DNA from: Octopus vulgaris
Lineage: Eukaryota
DNA: 64,000 nt
Reading direction: 5' to 3'
NCBI GenBank assembly: GCA_951406725.2
Contig: OX597839.1
Span: forward strand, 19,406,001-19,470,000
The notes under the pieces were generated by a model that saw nothing but the letters and a program-made list of their open reading frames with translations, did not search any database and was not told the DNA's origin. Numbering within the stretch: position 1 is the first letter of the stretch; each line of letters starts with the position of its first letter. Both the position numbers and the translations under genes were made by a program. Positions 39,224 to 51,929 of the stretch are shown piece by piece.

Positions 39224-39362
39224 TATATACATACACATATATATATATACATACATATATATATACATACATAGATACATATATATATATACATACATAC
39301 ATATACATACATACATACATACATATACATACATACATACATACATATATATATGTATACAT

Positions 39363-39683
39363 GGGAGCACTCCGTCGGTTACGACGACGAGGGTCCCATC
39401 TGATATGATCAACGGAACAGCTTGCTCGAGAAATTAATGTGCAAGTGGCTGAGCATTCCACAGACAAGTGTACCCTTAACATAGTTCGCGGGGCGATTCA
39501 GCGTGACACAGAGTGTGACAAGGCTCGCCGTTTTTTAAAATACAGATACTACTAATTTTTGCCAGCTGAGTGAACTGGAGCAACGTGAAATAAAGTGCCT
39601 TGCTCAAGGACACAACGCGTCGACGGGAATCGAACTCACAACCTTACGATCATGAGCCAAATGCACTAACCACTAAGCCACGC
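39363..39683 (-). mobile_element. Family B SINE variant
   Basis: gagcactccgtcggttacgacgacgaggg.. 3' end, with a tRNA-like head at ~39620-39683. Confidence 0.8.
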
Positions 39684-39705
39684 TAAATACATAATAATAC
39701 ATATT

Positions 39706-40571
39706 TACGAGACGTATTCTAGAAGATTTGCAGTATTTTTAGGATGGATATTTCTTAATTACAAAAAAGCACAGAATTTTTAATCTTTAAAGTAGAGCCC
39801 TTTGACTTCAATTGCCTTTATTGTAGCGCCCCAGTCACTTCGCGAAGGCCTCATGAAGGTCCTTCAACACGAAGGTTTGCAGGATCCTTGTCACAGCATA
39901 CTTCGTCTTCTCCTTTAGTTTCGGGAACGAAAAATGTCACAGGTGCAACATTTGAAGTGTGGGGAGGGTGATGAACAGGTCTGCAGCCCATTTCCGTCAA
40001 GTATTTGGTTACTAGGATTGAATTGTGGAATGGTGTATGTTCTACGAAAACCCGAATATCAGAGTTCTGGCTTTTTGCGACAAAATCTCTCCCTCAACTC
40101 TCTCAAAGCTTCCACAGCGTCTTCTTTGCTGACTGTCTGAACACGGAGGGCTCAGTGGTTGTAGGTAAAGCTCTTGCTATCGAAAAAGAGCATTGTCATC
40201 ATCTTCCCGGTGAACATGCTATTCCTGACCTAATGTGCCAGCGAAAAATAGTTTCTCGGCTTATAGTTAATCTGTAATAATCTTATAGTTAATCTATAAG
40301 CATTCTGAAGCATTTCATAGGTTTCTGTAGCATTTTTGTTCAGTTTAACAGAAAATTTTATTGCATAGCGTTCTGGAAACTATGCAGCTGCGACAAGTGT
40401 TTAGGTGTGCTCAAAGTACTGTTACAGCTGTCTCCTTCAATTTAGAATAAAAAAGTTGATAGGCAAACGTATTAATATGTATACTAATGATATACTAAAC
40501 TTAGAATAATCTAGGGTGGTTATAAGTGTTTCTTTTTAAAAAGCCTCAAAACTTCTGGAATATACGTCGTA
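39706..40571 (-). mobile_element. Internally deleted mariner transposon
   Basis: Imperfect terminal inverted repeats TAcgagacgtattctagaagattt and (reverse complement) TAcgacgtatattccagaagtttt. Minus-strand remnant HTPFHNSILVTKYLTEMGCRPVHHPPHTSNVAP..FPKLKE resembles the HPPYSPDLAP region. Confidence 0.8.
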
Positions 40572-40719
40572 AATGATTTTCCTCTTCTGTTTAATACATG
40601 TACAAACAGTAATTATGCATCTCTTTGTATGTGTACATATGGTTGTTTAAGTGATTGTGTATGAGAGTGTGAATTTGAATAGTATAATTCTTAGTATAAT
40701 AATACCTGGATGATATTGT

Positions 40720-41500
40720 TGCTAATGAATGAAAATCTGTGTTTTGTTGTCATAGCGTATTCAGCCGTGGTTTATATTTGTTTGAAGCTCCTCAGTGGTT
40801 TTGGCAAAGTGAGAAACCTTAGAAATCTTGTATATTCTTTAACTTTTACGCATAACTCTATTTAGTCACTTAGTGGAATCTGTTCAGACGTAGGATGACG
40901 TATCTGTTGCCGATGAACTGTCAAACATTATTCTCGAAATGTGTTACATTCTTCCTGTGTAATGGCCATTAAATCCATTGCATTTAATAGCATAAATAAA
41001 TTTGTTTACACTGAAGACATCTGGGTAAAAATTTACAAGAAATTCCGTCTATAAGATTGATGGATGTTCCACAGGGAAGGCGACCACAGGTTTTGGCTTC
41101 AAAGTTATAATTTCTAAGGACAATTTGGCACCAGAAAGTAATTTTTAGGGATCTTAGTCAGATATTGCTTTTGATTACTTTGTTTTTTTGTATATGATTT
41201 AGTAAAATTTTTTTGAGCTTTGTCTCAATAATGGAATGTTTCCTACGCTTAATGTTGTGTGTTTCCGTATTTCTTGGGCTGTGTGTTTTAATGTAATTTA
41301 GAGACTTTGGCATGATTAAGTTGTTTTTCTGTCCTTAAACCTCGAACGTCTGCTTTGGCATTTTTCACTGTATTATCGATTAACATTTTTGCGACTTCTC
41401 TTTCATGCAGTTTTCATTTTAATTCTTGACTTGCCTACACATTTTGTACATGTCTAAGTCCCTTGGCTGCATGAGATAATGTCAGGCGATTGTGGTTAAC
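40720..41500 (-). pseudogene. Decayed Penelope-like element ORF (Cys linker plus GIY-YIG endonuclease)
   Basis: Minus strand gives LKKLLSGAKL-like, CGRLPCGT, KFIYAIKCNGFNGHYTG (GIY..YIG) and LTVHRQQIRHPTSEQIPLSD*IELC, with stops and frameshifts. Confidence 0.75.
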
Positions 41501-41598
41501 TTATAACGAGTACCGCGTCTATTCGAGCAAATCGGCCCCAGGACGGACTTATTCTTTGTATGCCTAGTACTTGTCTTAGATGCTCATTTGGCCGAACG

Positions 41599-41726
41599 GC
41601 ATGCACCATCATAGTCGGAGTCACAGCCTCACGAACAGATGTTACAGTGGTTGCCACGATTCATTCAATGTAGACAGCTCCGCAGAGGCTTACAGTTACA
41701 TTCTGCGTGGGAGAAGATGGCAGTGT
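41599..41726 (+). mobile_element. Second copy of the ~125-bp retroposon 3' end
   Basis: gcatgcaccatcatagtcggagtcacagcctc..acattctgcgtgggagaagatggcagtgta. Confidence 0.6.
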
Positions 41727-41764
41727 ATTTATTGTGTGTTCAGGTTCATATGTTCGTTTGTACT

Positions 41765-41820
41765 CGTTATAAGAACTCAATATCCTACGACGGATATTGA
41801 GTCGGAAACACGAGTCAACG
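41765..41820 (+). ncRNA. Degenerate hammerhead-like fold
   Basis: CGUU-auaaga-ACUCAAUAUCC uacgac GGAUAUUGAGU-cg-GAAAC acga GUC-AACG. Stems I-III and GAAAC/GUC are present, but the CUGANGA box is corrupted. Confidence 0.35.
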
Positions 41821-42324
41821 TGTTTTTTTTCATATCTCCGGAAAATAAGACAGTGCATTCCGTAATAGCATCTCGGCTTCGGAGAATTCCTTACTCTTCA
41901 GGTTGTCTCTCAAGTGGAGCTGGTAATTACTGTGCAGCCATTTGGTAATTACGATATATCCTCTGGAGTTGGCCATAATTTTAATACATCAAGAACTGAT
42001 GGTGTGTTTGTTTAAACTGTGCACACACACACACACACACACACACACCCACACACACACACAGATATATATATATATGATTGCATTATACTGAAAACAT
42101 GCTTTAGGACTTCGACAATTATACAACTGTGTAGCAAATATTTTTATAAAAACTTTTACTTGACTGTCCAAGTCTCTGTCAATGAATATATATGTATATA
42201 TATATATATATATTGGTAAAAACGGTAAGATAACAAAAGAAAGAAAGAGACCTCAATATTATGTAAATAGAGGAAATTTACATAATATTATATATATATG
42301 TATATATATATTATACACTGGAAC

Positions 42325-42610
42325 AAAAACAATTGCAGCGTGGAAGATTTTTGAAAGACTTTGAAAAGCACAATCCCTTAGTTTCACTTCATGTAAATTT
42401 AATTTGTGTCAAAATATTTTCATCGCATGGAATCCACGACCTGTTCCCTGACATACTTCGTGCAGCAGAAAGTTTTGTCAGCGAACAGGTCGCGGTTTCA
42501 ATGCGACGAAAATATTTTGACACAAATGAAATTTAAATGTTGAAGTGAAACTAACGGTTTTGGGTGTTCATGAAATGGTTTACAAACATCTTCGACGATG
42601 CAATTGCTTT
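42325..42610. repeat. Imperfect long inverted repeat (~135-bp arms, ~11-nt spacer)
   Basis: ttagtttcacttca..atttgtgtcaaaatattttc..cgacctgttc..tgaca is mirrored by tgtcagcgaacaggtcg..gaaaatattttgacacaaat..tgaagtgaaactaa. Confidence 0.8.
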
Positions 42611-42665
42611 TGCTTCAGCACACGATCTCAGATCAAGTCACTTGCTATGCAAGTACATCTCCGTC

Positions 42666-42711
<46 letters not shown>

Positions 42712-43020
42712 CAATCTGCTCACTGTCTCTTGCTATCTGTCTGCCCCCTCTCTCAACATATATATATAGCTGTTTATCTATCTATCATCTATCTATCTAT
42801 CAATCTGTCTATCTGTCTGTCTATTTGTCTATCTATCTATTTGTCTATCTATCTGTCTATTTGTCTATCTATCTGTCTATTTGTCTGTCTATCTGTCTGT
42901 CTATCTATCTATTTGTCTATCTAACTATCTATTTGTCTATCTATCTATCTATTTGTCTATTCTAACTATCTATTTGTCTATCTATCTATCTATTTGTCTA
43001 TCTATCTATCTATCTATCTG

Positions 43021-43080
<60 letters not shown>

Positions 43081-43750
43081 GAAAGGGAGGTTGAGAAATG
43101 AGAGAGAAAGAGACAGACAGACAGACAGTGTGCGATATAGACAGACAGACTCACACGGCCAGACAACATAAAAAACGAAAAATCATGTATGTATATATAT
43201 ATATATGTATATATATATAAGTCACTGTGGTGAGGTTGTTATCGTGTAGCGGACGCATAATCTGCTGCCATGCTCCATACACATGTGTGTGGTCTTACAG
43301 AAGTAATATAGAAGTTGTCATCAGAGAGAGCAAACAATAAATGTGAGGATGACGAACAGACATTAGTGGAGTTTTAGTTAAATTACCCTATCTTTTCTTC
43401 TGACACTTCAATTTTTGATGTGTTGAGGGGGCTATACATGTCGCTTACAACAACAAAAACAACAACAGCAATAAGCGTCTCGACAGAAATATTTTAATTT
43501 ATGAATGTCTGTGTGTAGGCGGTCATACATTTCTATTCGAACGTGTATGTGTATGTATGTATGTATGTATGTATGTATGTATGCATGTATGTATGTATGT
43601 ATGTATGTATGTATGTATGTATGTATGTATGTATGTATGTAGTTTGCTTGCATGCATGAATATGAAATTTGTGAGAGTATTTTATATACACACACACATA
43701 TCTATATATATATATGTGTGTGTGTGTATGTATGTATATATGTATATATG

Positions 43751-43793
<43 letters not shown>

Positions 43794-44069
43794 GTATATA
43801 TATGTATATATATATGCATATATATGTATAGATATATATATTTATGTATATATATATATGTATATATATATACATATATATATGTATATATATATATACA
43901 TATATATGCATATGTATATATATATATGCATATATATATATATATATATATATTTACATATATATACATATATATATATATATGTATATATGGATATTAA
44001 TGTATATATTATACACACATGTATGTGCATACAAATATATACACCCATATGTATTTGTAAGTATGTACC

Positions 44070-44119
<50 letters not shown>

Positions 44120-44508
44120 CGTATATATATATATTCGCATACGAGTGGTTTTGAAAGTGTGTGTATATGCCTGTGCGTACCTGTGCGCTTGTGTGGGTGC
44201 GTGACTTACGTTGCGTGAATGCACATGTTCCGTGCGTTTGACATTTGGGAAAAATATTATTGTACTGGAGCCAAAAGCTAAACAGTAGTAAGTCTGTGGC
44301 AAATACACACACACACACACACACACACAAGAGACACATAGACATATACATACACTGGTAGATAAGTAGATTTGCATGTGTGTGTATGTGAATGAGCTTT
44401 TGTGGGTATAAATGCATATGCATGTATGTATGTATGTACGCATCTCTCTCTCACTATCTATCTATTTATCTATCTATCTACCTACCTACCTACCTACCTA
44501 TCTATCTG

Positions 44509-44543
<35 letters not shown>

Positions 44544-44646
44544 ATCTATCTATCTTTCTCCGTGTTTGTATATCTGTCTCTATCTGTGTGTGTATTTATA
44601 TATATACGCGCTTGCATGTGTGCGTATATCTATGTATATGCATAAG

Positions 44647-44687
<41 letters not shown>

Positions 44688-45135
44688 CCATGCTCATACA
44701 CACCTCCCCATAAACACACTAACTCACACTCACACACACACACTCACATAGAAAGGTTTGTGCGTTTACGCGTTTGTTCTTTCAATATTCTTCTATTTCT
44801 CACCTGCTTCCTTAATCTTTCCATTTTTACAGTTCTATCATTCTTACATTTTACTACACCTGTCAATTTCTCTGATTGCTTCTCTCTCTCTCTCTCCCTT
44901 TCTTTCTTTCTTTCTCCCCCCCTCTCTCTCCCTCTCACCGTTGATCTTTTATTAATATCCTAAACATAAATAAACGTGCTGTTTGAAAATGGTTAGGGCA
45001 TCAAAGACTAATCCCTTCCCGTATTTCCCCATGCATAACACCGCATTCGTGTATTAAGACGCACTCGTGTATAAGGCGCATCACTCAAAATCAAATATAT
45101 ATTAGTGCAACTTATACGCTCGTAAATGCTGTAAC

Positions 45136-45189
<54 letters not shown>

Positions 45190-45267
45190 GTGTTAAAAAT
45201 AATGGTCATAACATATTTTTCCTTTCCTGGAGCAAAGCTAACTTATAATATATATATATATATATAT

Positions 45268-45449
45268 AGGCGCAGGAGTGTCTGTGTGGAAAGAAGCTTG
45301 CTTCCTAACCACATGGTTCCGGGTTCAGTCCCACTGTGTGGCGTCTTGACCAAGGGTTTTCTTCTCTAGCCTCGGTTTAACCAAGGCCTTGTGAAAAAAA
45401 TTGGTAAATGGTAACTGAAAGAAGCCCGTCGTATATTTATATTTATATT

Positions 45450-45481
<32 letters not shown>

Positions 45482-45805
45482 TGTATGTATGTATGTATGT
45501 ATGTATGTATGTATGTATGTATGTATGCATGCATGCATGCATGTATGTATGTATGTATGTATGTATGTATGCATGCATGTATGTATGTATGTATTTGTGT
45601 GTCTGTGTTTTTTCCCCCCGCCTCACAGTCGCTCGACAACAGATGTTGGTGTGTATTCGCTTCAGTAACTTAGCTGTTCGACAAAAGGTATAGACAAAAT
45701 AAGTACTAGGTTTACAAAATATAAGTCCTGTGATCGATTTATTCGACTAAATTTGGTGCTCCAGCATGGCCGCAGTCAAATGACTGAAACATGTATAAAA
45801 ATAAA
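45268..45805 (+). mobile_element. Family A SINE
   Basis: Head ggcgcaggagtgtctgtgtgg, internal (TATG)n, 3' end gactgaaac. Confidence 0.82.
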
Positions 45806-45845
45806 GGGATAAAAGAGTGTATGTATATACACACACACACACACA

Positions 45846-45891
<46 letters not shown>

Positions 45892-45914
45892 TGACTAAGA
45901 AAATTTATCACTAG

Positions 45915-45956
45915 CCTTGATAGATTTTTGAGCATTATTGAGCTCTCATCAGAGGT
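45915..45956 (-). ncRNA. Degenerate hammerhead motif
   Basis: accu-CUGAUGA-GAGC ucaauaau GCUC-AAAA-aucuAUC-aagg. Intact first box and 4-bp stem II; GAAA has become AAAA at a CpG position. Confidence 0.45.
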
Positions 45957-46388
45957 GTGTAAACCATCTGGCTAATCCCTAACAAATAAGCTGGTTTCGA
46001 TTTGAGAACTCATTCCTTGTGCCCTGGTGGCTTTCTGAGAACAAATTGTTGATAGAGATCGATAGCACATTTAAACGTAAATGTATTGATTTGCTCCATT
46101 TTAAATTATTTTTATTGGCTTGTTGCAAAGGTGAACTTTCTAATTCCATGGTCGTCATTCATATATCCTTGTAGATGTGTTAGAAGACGACACGGTCAAA
46201 GCTGCGATTGTATAGTGGCAAGTTTACAAATGAGAAACATGAGGCAGAAAATCCGGAAGGATAACGTTATCTTGAGGAATGAGCGGGAGCTTAGCGATTA
46301 AACAGGATCATGCGAAATAGATGTAATAAAAGTGACAACATGAAGGTAAGACAGATGAATGAGTGAGTTGGGAGTGAATAAGGGAGAA

Positions 46389-46787
46389 AGCACTCCGTCG
46401 GTTACGACGACGAGGGTTCCGGTTGATCCGAATCAACGGAACAGCCTGCTCGTGAAATTAACGTGTAAGTGGCTGAGCACTCCGCAGACACGTGTACCCT
46501 TAACGTAGTTCTCGGGGATATTCAGCGTGACACAGAGAGTGACAAGGCCGGCCCTTTGAAATACAGGTACAACAGAAACAGGAAGTAAGAGTGAGAGAAA
46601 GTTTGTTTAGGGATAGAGCGTCTTGTACGTTATGTGGTGAAGGAATGGGCATAGGATTGCGTGAAGGACAGTGGAGCTTTAGGTGTTTTCGCTCAATAAA
46701 CACTCACAACGCCCGGTCTGGGAATCGAAACCGCGATCCTATGACCGCGAGTCCGCTGCCCTAACCACTGGGCCATTGCGCCTCCAG
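46389..46787 (-). mobile_element. Family B SINE (with a short internal replacement)
   Basis: Reverse complement of 6566-6946. Confidence 0.85.
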
Positions 46788-46888
46788 GAAGTGAATAAGA
46801 GAAGGTGATGAGAGAGAAGCTCGCAATTGTAAAGCCTAGAGGACACGAGTAACGACAGAAATGTCTTTCGGTAAGGAATGAGGCGGAA

Positions 46889-47590
46889 AGGCGGCGAGCT
46901 GGCAGAAACGTTAGCGTGCCGGGCGAAATGCTTAGCGGTATTTCGTCTGCGTTACGTTGTGAGTTCACCAATCCCCTGCCGGAGCCTCGACTTGGAGCCT
47001 TTAGGTGTTTTCGCTCAATAAATTAACTCCAACGCACTGGGGTCGATGTAATCGACTTAATACCTATGTCTGTCCTTGTTTGTCCCCTCTGTGTTTAGCC
47101 CCTTGTGGGTAGTAAAGAAATAGGTAAGGAATGAGGCTATAGCATTACAGTTATTTTTTCCACTACTCTTCCTCGATCCATTTTCAATCTAATTTGTAAT
47201 TCTCAGCAAAAACAAGGCGGTGAGCGCGGAGAATCGTTAGCACGCCGGCCGAAATGCTTAGAGGTATTTCATCTGCCGCTACGTTCTGAGTTCAAATTCC
47301 GCCGAGGTCGACTTTGCCTTTCAGCCTTTCGTGGTCGATTAAATAAGTAGCAATTACGCACTGGGGTCGATATAATCGACTTAATCCGTTTGCCTGTCCT
47401 TGTTTGTCCCCTCTATGTGTAGCCACTCGTGGGTAGTAAAGAAATAGGCATTTCGTCTGCCACTACGTTCTAAGTTCAAATTCCCCTGACGTCGACACTG
47501 CCTTTCATCGTTTAGGGGTCGATAAAATAAGTACCATCTGAGCACTTAACCCTTCCCTGAAATTGCTGGCCATGTGCCCAAATTCGAAGC
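46889..47590 (+). mobile_element. Cluster of family C SINEs
   Basis: Heads at 46889 and 47215, with a re-iterated body at ~47448-47540. Confidence 0.8.
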
Positions 47591-48867
47591 AAATTATCAA
47601 CAAAAACACGCACGCAACACACACATACACACACGCACACACAGTCAAACTTCTACCTAAGATGCCACGCAGCGGGACTGAAACCGAAACCCCATTTTTA
47701 AAAACGGCAGTGTATGATTTGAAAAAGACTTGACTGTTATTTTCAACAGCTTAAACTGTGGGTTTAGCCCTAACAGAAAGGAGGGCCAGGCGGCGACTGT
47801 AAAGGTGGGTTTACATCTATGAAGAAGGGTGTGGCTTAAAAATTAATGTGACGGGTGTTAGGTTAATTAAAAAATATATATATATACATGATAAGTTAGT
47901 AACGGTGTTACAAGAATATCCAAGGCGGTTTCGATAAGCGAAGGGCAACAAGGATAGGTCAGGGCAGCTAAAATAAGGATGGTTCTGTTCAGACAGACAG
48001 TATAGGGGTGTGTTTTCAAAATACCTAATACACGGGTGGGCTTAGGAGAAACAAGCAGGATTCGGGTGTGTGTTGAAATAGGAGTGTATATAACACGAGA
48101 ATAACAGATTAGAGATGATGGGTGCTCTAATGTTGTTGAAATCAGGGTGGCAGGGGTGGGCTGGGTTTAGACGAGAATGACATGTTAGAAATGGGTTAAA
48201 AATTAAACGAAGAAGTAGATGTTGAGGAGGCTGAGTGAGACGGGTGGGTTGATGAGGTTAGGGTGATGTGCGGTGAGATAACGAACAGAGATGTTTCCTC
48301 CAATGGGATTTGGGGACCAACGGTTGTGTAGAATCATCACATGATAAGAGCAGAGGGCACATATAGGAGCGGGTAGTGGTAGTTGTTGTTGTTGTTGGTG
48401 GTGGTGGGGTTGGTGGTTGTGGTGATATACAGGGTGGGAGAGAAAAAAGAAATGTAATGACATTGATGCTACAGGAGGAGCAACAGCAATGAAGGTTTTG
48501 GGGGTGGGGCGTTTGGGTGAAGCTTATAGTCATGATTGTGCTACTGGACACGGTGGTGATGATGATGAAGAGGAGAAGGAATAGGAGGAAGATGGTGATG
48601 ATGATTGTGATGATACAGCTGGCGGTGGTAGCGATGATGATGATGATGAGGGGGAGGAGGATGGTGATGATAGCGATGCTGCTGCTGGTGGTAGCGATGA
48701 TGATGGTGGTGGTGGGTGATGATGATGACGATGATGAGGAGGAGGTGGAGGAAGAGGCGGATGGTTGTTATGGTGGCAGGATGATGATAACGACGTTGAT
48801 GTTGATGATGGTCATGCAGCTACTTCTGATGATGATGATGTATTATACAATTAATGTGAGAATAATC

Positions 48868-49004
48868 TTGCTTCTCAACAACATGGTTCCTGGTTCAGTC
48901 CCACTGCGTGGCGTACTAGGCAAGTGCCTTCTGCTATAACCTCAGGCTGACCAAATCCTTGTGAGTGGATTTGGTAGACGGAAACAGAAGGGAGCCCATA
49001 GTAC

Positions 49005-49064
<60 letters not shown>

Positions 49065-49310
49065 CAATATAGGGTAGCAAAAAAAATTCAAGAAAAATTC
49101 AAGAAAAATTTTCTGCAACCAGCGGTCAAGTGAGAAAATAGAAATAGTCACAGTTTATAAAATTTATGAATAAATGAAAGAATGGAGTTGAACGACAAAT
49201 TAGTCTCTGCCCTAGGCCCGTAACTTCAACCGTGTTATTTCTGATGTGAATTTGCTACCCAGGTATCGGTTAAACGAATTATCCATAAAAATAGATATTT
49301 CATTTTTCTA

Positions 49311-49371
<61 letters not shown>

Positions 49372-49862
49372 CATTTATAGGGTAGCAAAAAAATTCAAGA
49401 AAAATTCAAGAAAAATTGCAACCAGCGGTCAAGTGAGAAAATAGAAATAGTCACAGTTTATAAAATTTATGAATAAATGAAAGAATGGAGTTGAACGACA
49501 AATTAGTCTCTGCCCTAGGCCCGTAACTTCAACTGTGTTATTTCTGATGTGAATTTGCTACCCAGGTATCGGTTAAACGAATTATCCATAAAAAAGATAT
49601 TTCATTTTTCTACTCAAATATATATATATATATATATATACATATCAGTGTTTCGGGGTGTCCTATCACCGCTTGACAACCGGTGTTGATGTGTTTACGT
49701 CCCTGTAACTGAGCGTTTCTACATATGAGACCGACAGAATAGTTACCAGGCTTTACAAAAATAAGTACTGGGGTCAATTCATTGGATTAAAAATTCTTCA
49801 AACGGTGCCCCAGCATGGCCGCAGTCTAATGACTAAGACAAGTAAAATATGAAAGATAAAAG
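48868..49862 (+). mobile_element. Family A SINE containing a tandem ~250-bp insert
   Basis: Head fragment at 48868-49000 and 3' half at ~49645-49862. Confidence 0.7.
49060..49617. repeat. Two near-identical ~250-bp units separated and flanked by (TA)n
   Basis: tttatca.tatagggtagcaaaaaaattcaag..atttcatttttctactca at 49060-49314 and 49368-49616. Confidence 0.9.
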
Positions 49863-50181
49863 ATGTTTATTTACGAAAGGTGTGGCCCATTTGCAAAAAC
49901 CGGTGTTTTTTGGATGAAGTCCTTGGTTTGAACGACGCACCGAGTTGTAGGTACACACTCTCCTGTCATTACAGTCGTCCTAAATATAGTGAACAGGTGA
50001 TTCACGCGTTCGAATCCTGTCACCACCAGCACTATTGTTTACCAACAGCTGTATGACATAAATAGGATGGTGCGCTGGCAAAAACGTGATAACTGCGGAC
50101 CAAATGCTTAGTAGCGTTTCATTCGGCTCTTTTGGTTTTTATTTCAAATTATGTTAAGTCAACTTTGTTTTACATCACTTT

Positions 50182-50245
<64 letters not shown>

Positions 50246-51119
50246 TGTGTATGTGTGTGTGTGTGTATTTTTCATCTTTCACTTGTTTCAGTCATTAGAA
50301 TCCGGCCATGCCGGGACACGACCCTGAATAATTTCTAGTCGCATGAATTAACCCCAGCACAAACTCTTTTTCTTAAACTTAGTACTTATTCCATCGTTCT
50401 CTTAGGCCGAACCGCTAAGCTACGAGGACATAGGTACACGAACTCACGAACACTATAACGAAATTATTTGTGCAGGAATTTTTCTTTTTTTTTTGTCTTT
50501 GCCAGTTAGAAACGGCTGAACGATTTTTCCTCGGACTACAAGAGACTCCAATCTATTAAGCATGAAATTCTATATATAGCAAGAAGCCATCACGAATACC
50601 ATTCCAACTGCATTCGCAAAAAAACCCCCCCAAAAAACAGATTCAATGAAGAAATATCTAAATTCTATTCAGCGATGTATGATAGTACACAGTAGCAAAT
50701 GACTGAAACATATTCTATACAAAGTTATTCAAATAAGCATAACTTAGTACATAAAATTTTAATATTATATTTTTATACAGAAATTCATTCATATTCAGTG
50801 AACGTACATAGAATAAAATTTAGTTATTGTAGTGTATGTATATTTAGCAGTATCATCTTTGTATAGACAAAGGACATGTCGTAATCATATTTATATTACA
50901 TGTATATAGAATGCATGTTATTGATTTATAGACAAAATATACTACTTTTGGTAAATAAACTTTGATCGCAAACTAGTCAGGCAATATATACGATGTATGT
51001 ATATGATGTGCAGTAAATATGTTCTCCAACAAATGTTTGAAATCTGTGTTGTGCGGATATGTTTATTAAAAAGCAACTTGTTCTCAAAATGACCGTTAGC
51101 TATAATAATATTTTCTTTT

Positions 51120-51546
51120 ATTCTTTTACTTACTTCAGTCATTTGACTGCGGCCATGCTGGAGCACCACGTTTTAGTCGAGCAAATCGACCCCAGTACTT
51201 ATTCTTTGCAAGCCCAGTACTTATTCTATCGGTATCTTTTTTGGCGAGCCGATAAGTTACGGGGATGTAAACACACCAGCATTGCATGTCAAGCGATGTT
51301 GAGGGGTGGTGGACAAACACAGACACAGACACACACACACACATATACGACAGGCTTCTTTCAGTTTTCGTCTACCAAATCCACTCACAAGGCTTTGGTC
51401 GGCCCGAAGCTATAGAAGAAGACACTTGCCTTAGTGCGGAAATTTGAAGTTTTATATATTAAGTATATGTGCCACGCAGTGAGACTGAACCCGGAACCAT
51501 GTGGTTGGTAAGCAAGTTACTTACCACACTGCCACTCTTGCGCCTA
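51120..51546 (-). mobile_element. Family A SINE
   Basis: Matches the other family A copies; small insertion at ~51432-51468. Confidence 0.85.
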
Positions 51547-51564
51547 TAAACACACATGATATAT

Positions 51565-51894
51565 ATTGGGTCATTCCATAAATAATGCGGTTTTCTTCAA
51601 TTGCATGAACTAAAAGTCGGAGGGGCGCGGGTTAAACTACCTGCATCAAATTGCTATAAAAACAGGTGGTAATTTTACCTTGTTCTTAGTGCAAGTTTTG
51701 CAGATTTTAACAGTTATTTGGTATATAGGCGCAGGAATGGCTGTGTGGTAAGTACCTTGCTAACCAACCACATGGTTCCGGGTTCAGTCCCACTGCGTGG
51801 CATCTTGGGAAAGTGTCTTCTGTTATAGCCCCGGGCCGACCAAAGCCTTGTGTGAGTGGATTTGGTTGACGGAAACTTCGAAAGAAGCCTGTTG

Positions 51895-51929
<35 letters not shown>

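Noticed and set aside
45018-45133. Possible CCGTA-type Tc2/pogo MITE remnant
   Set aside because: The right terminal repeat is too degenerate to confirm.
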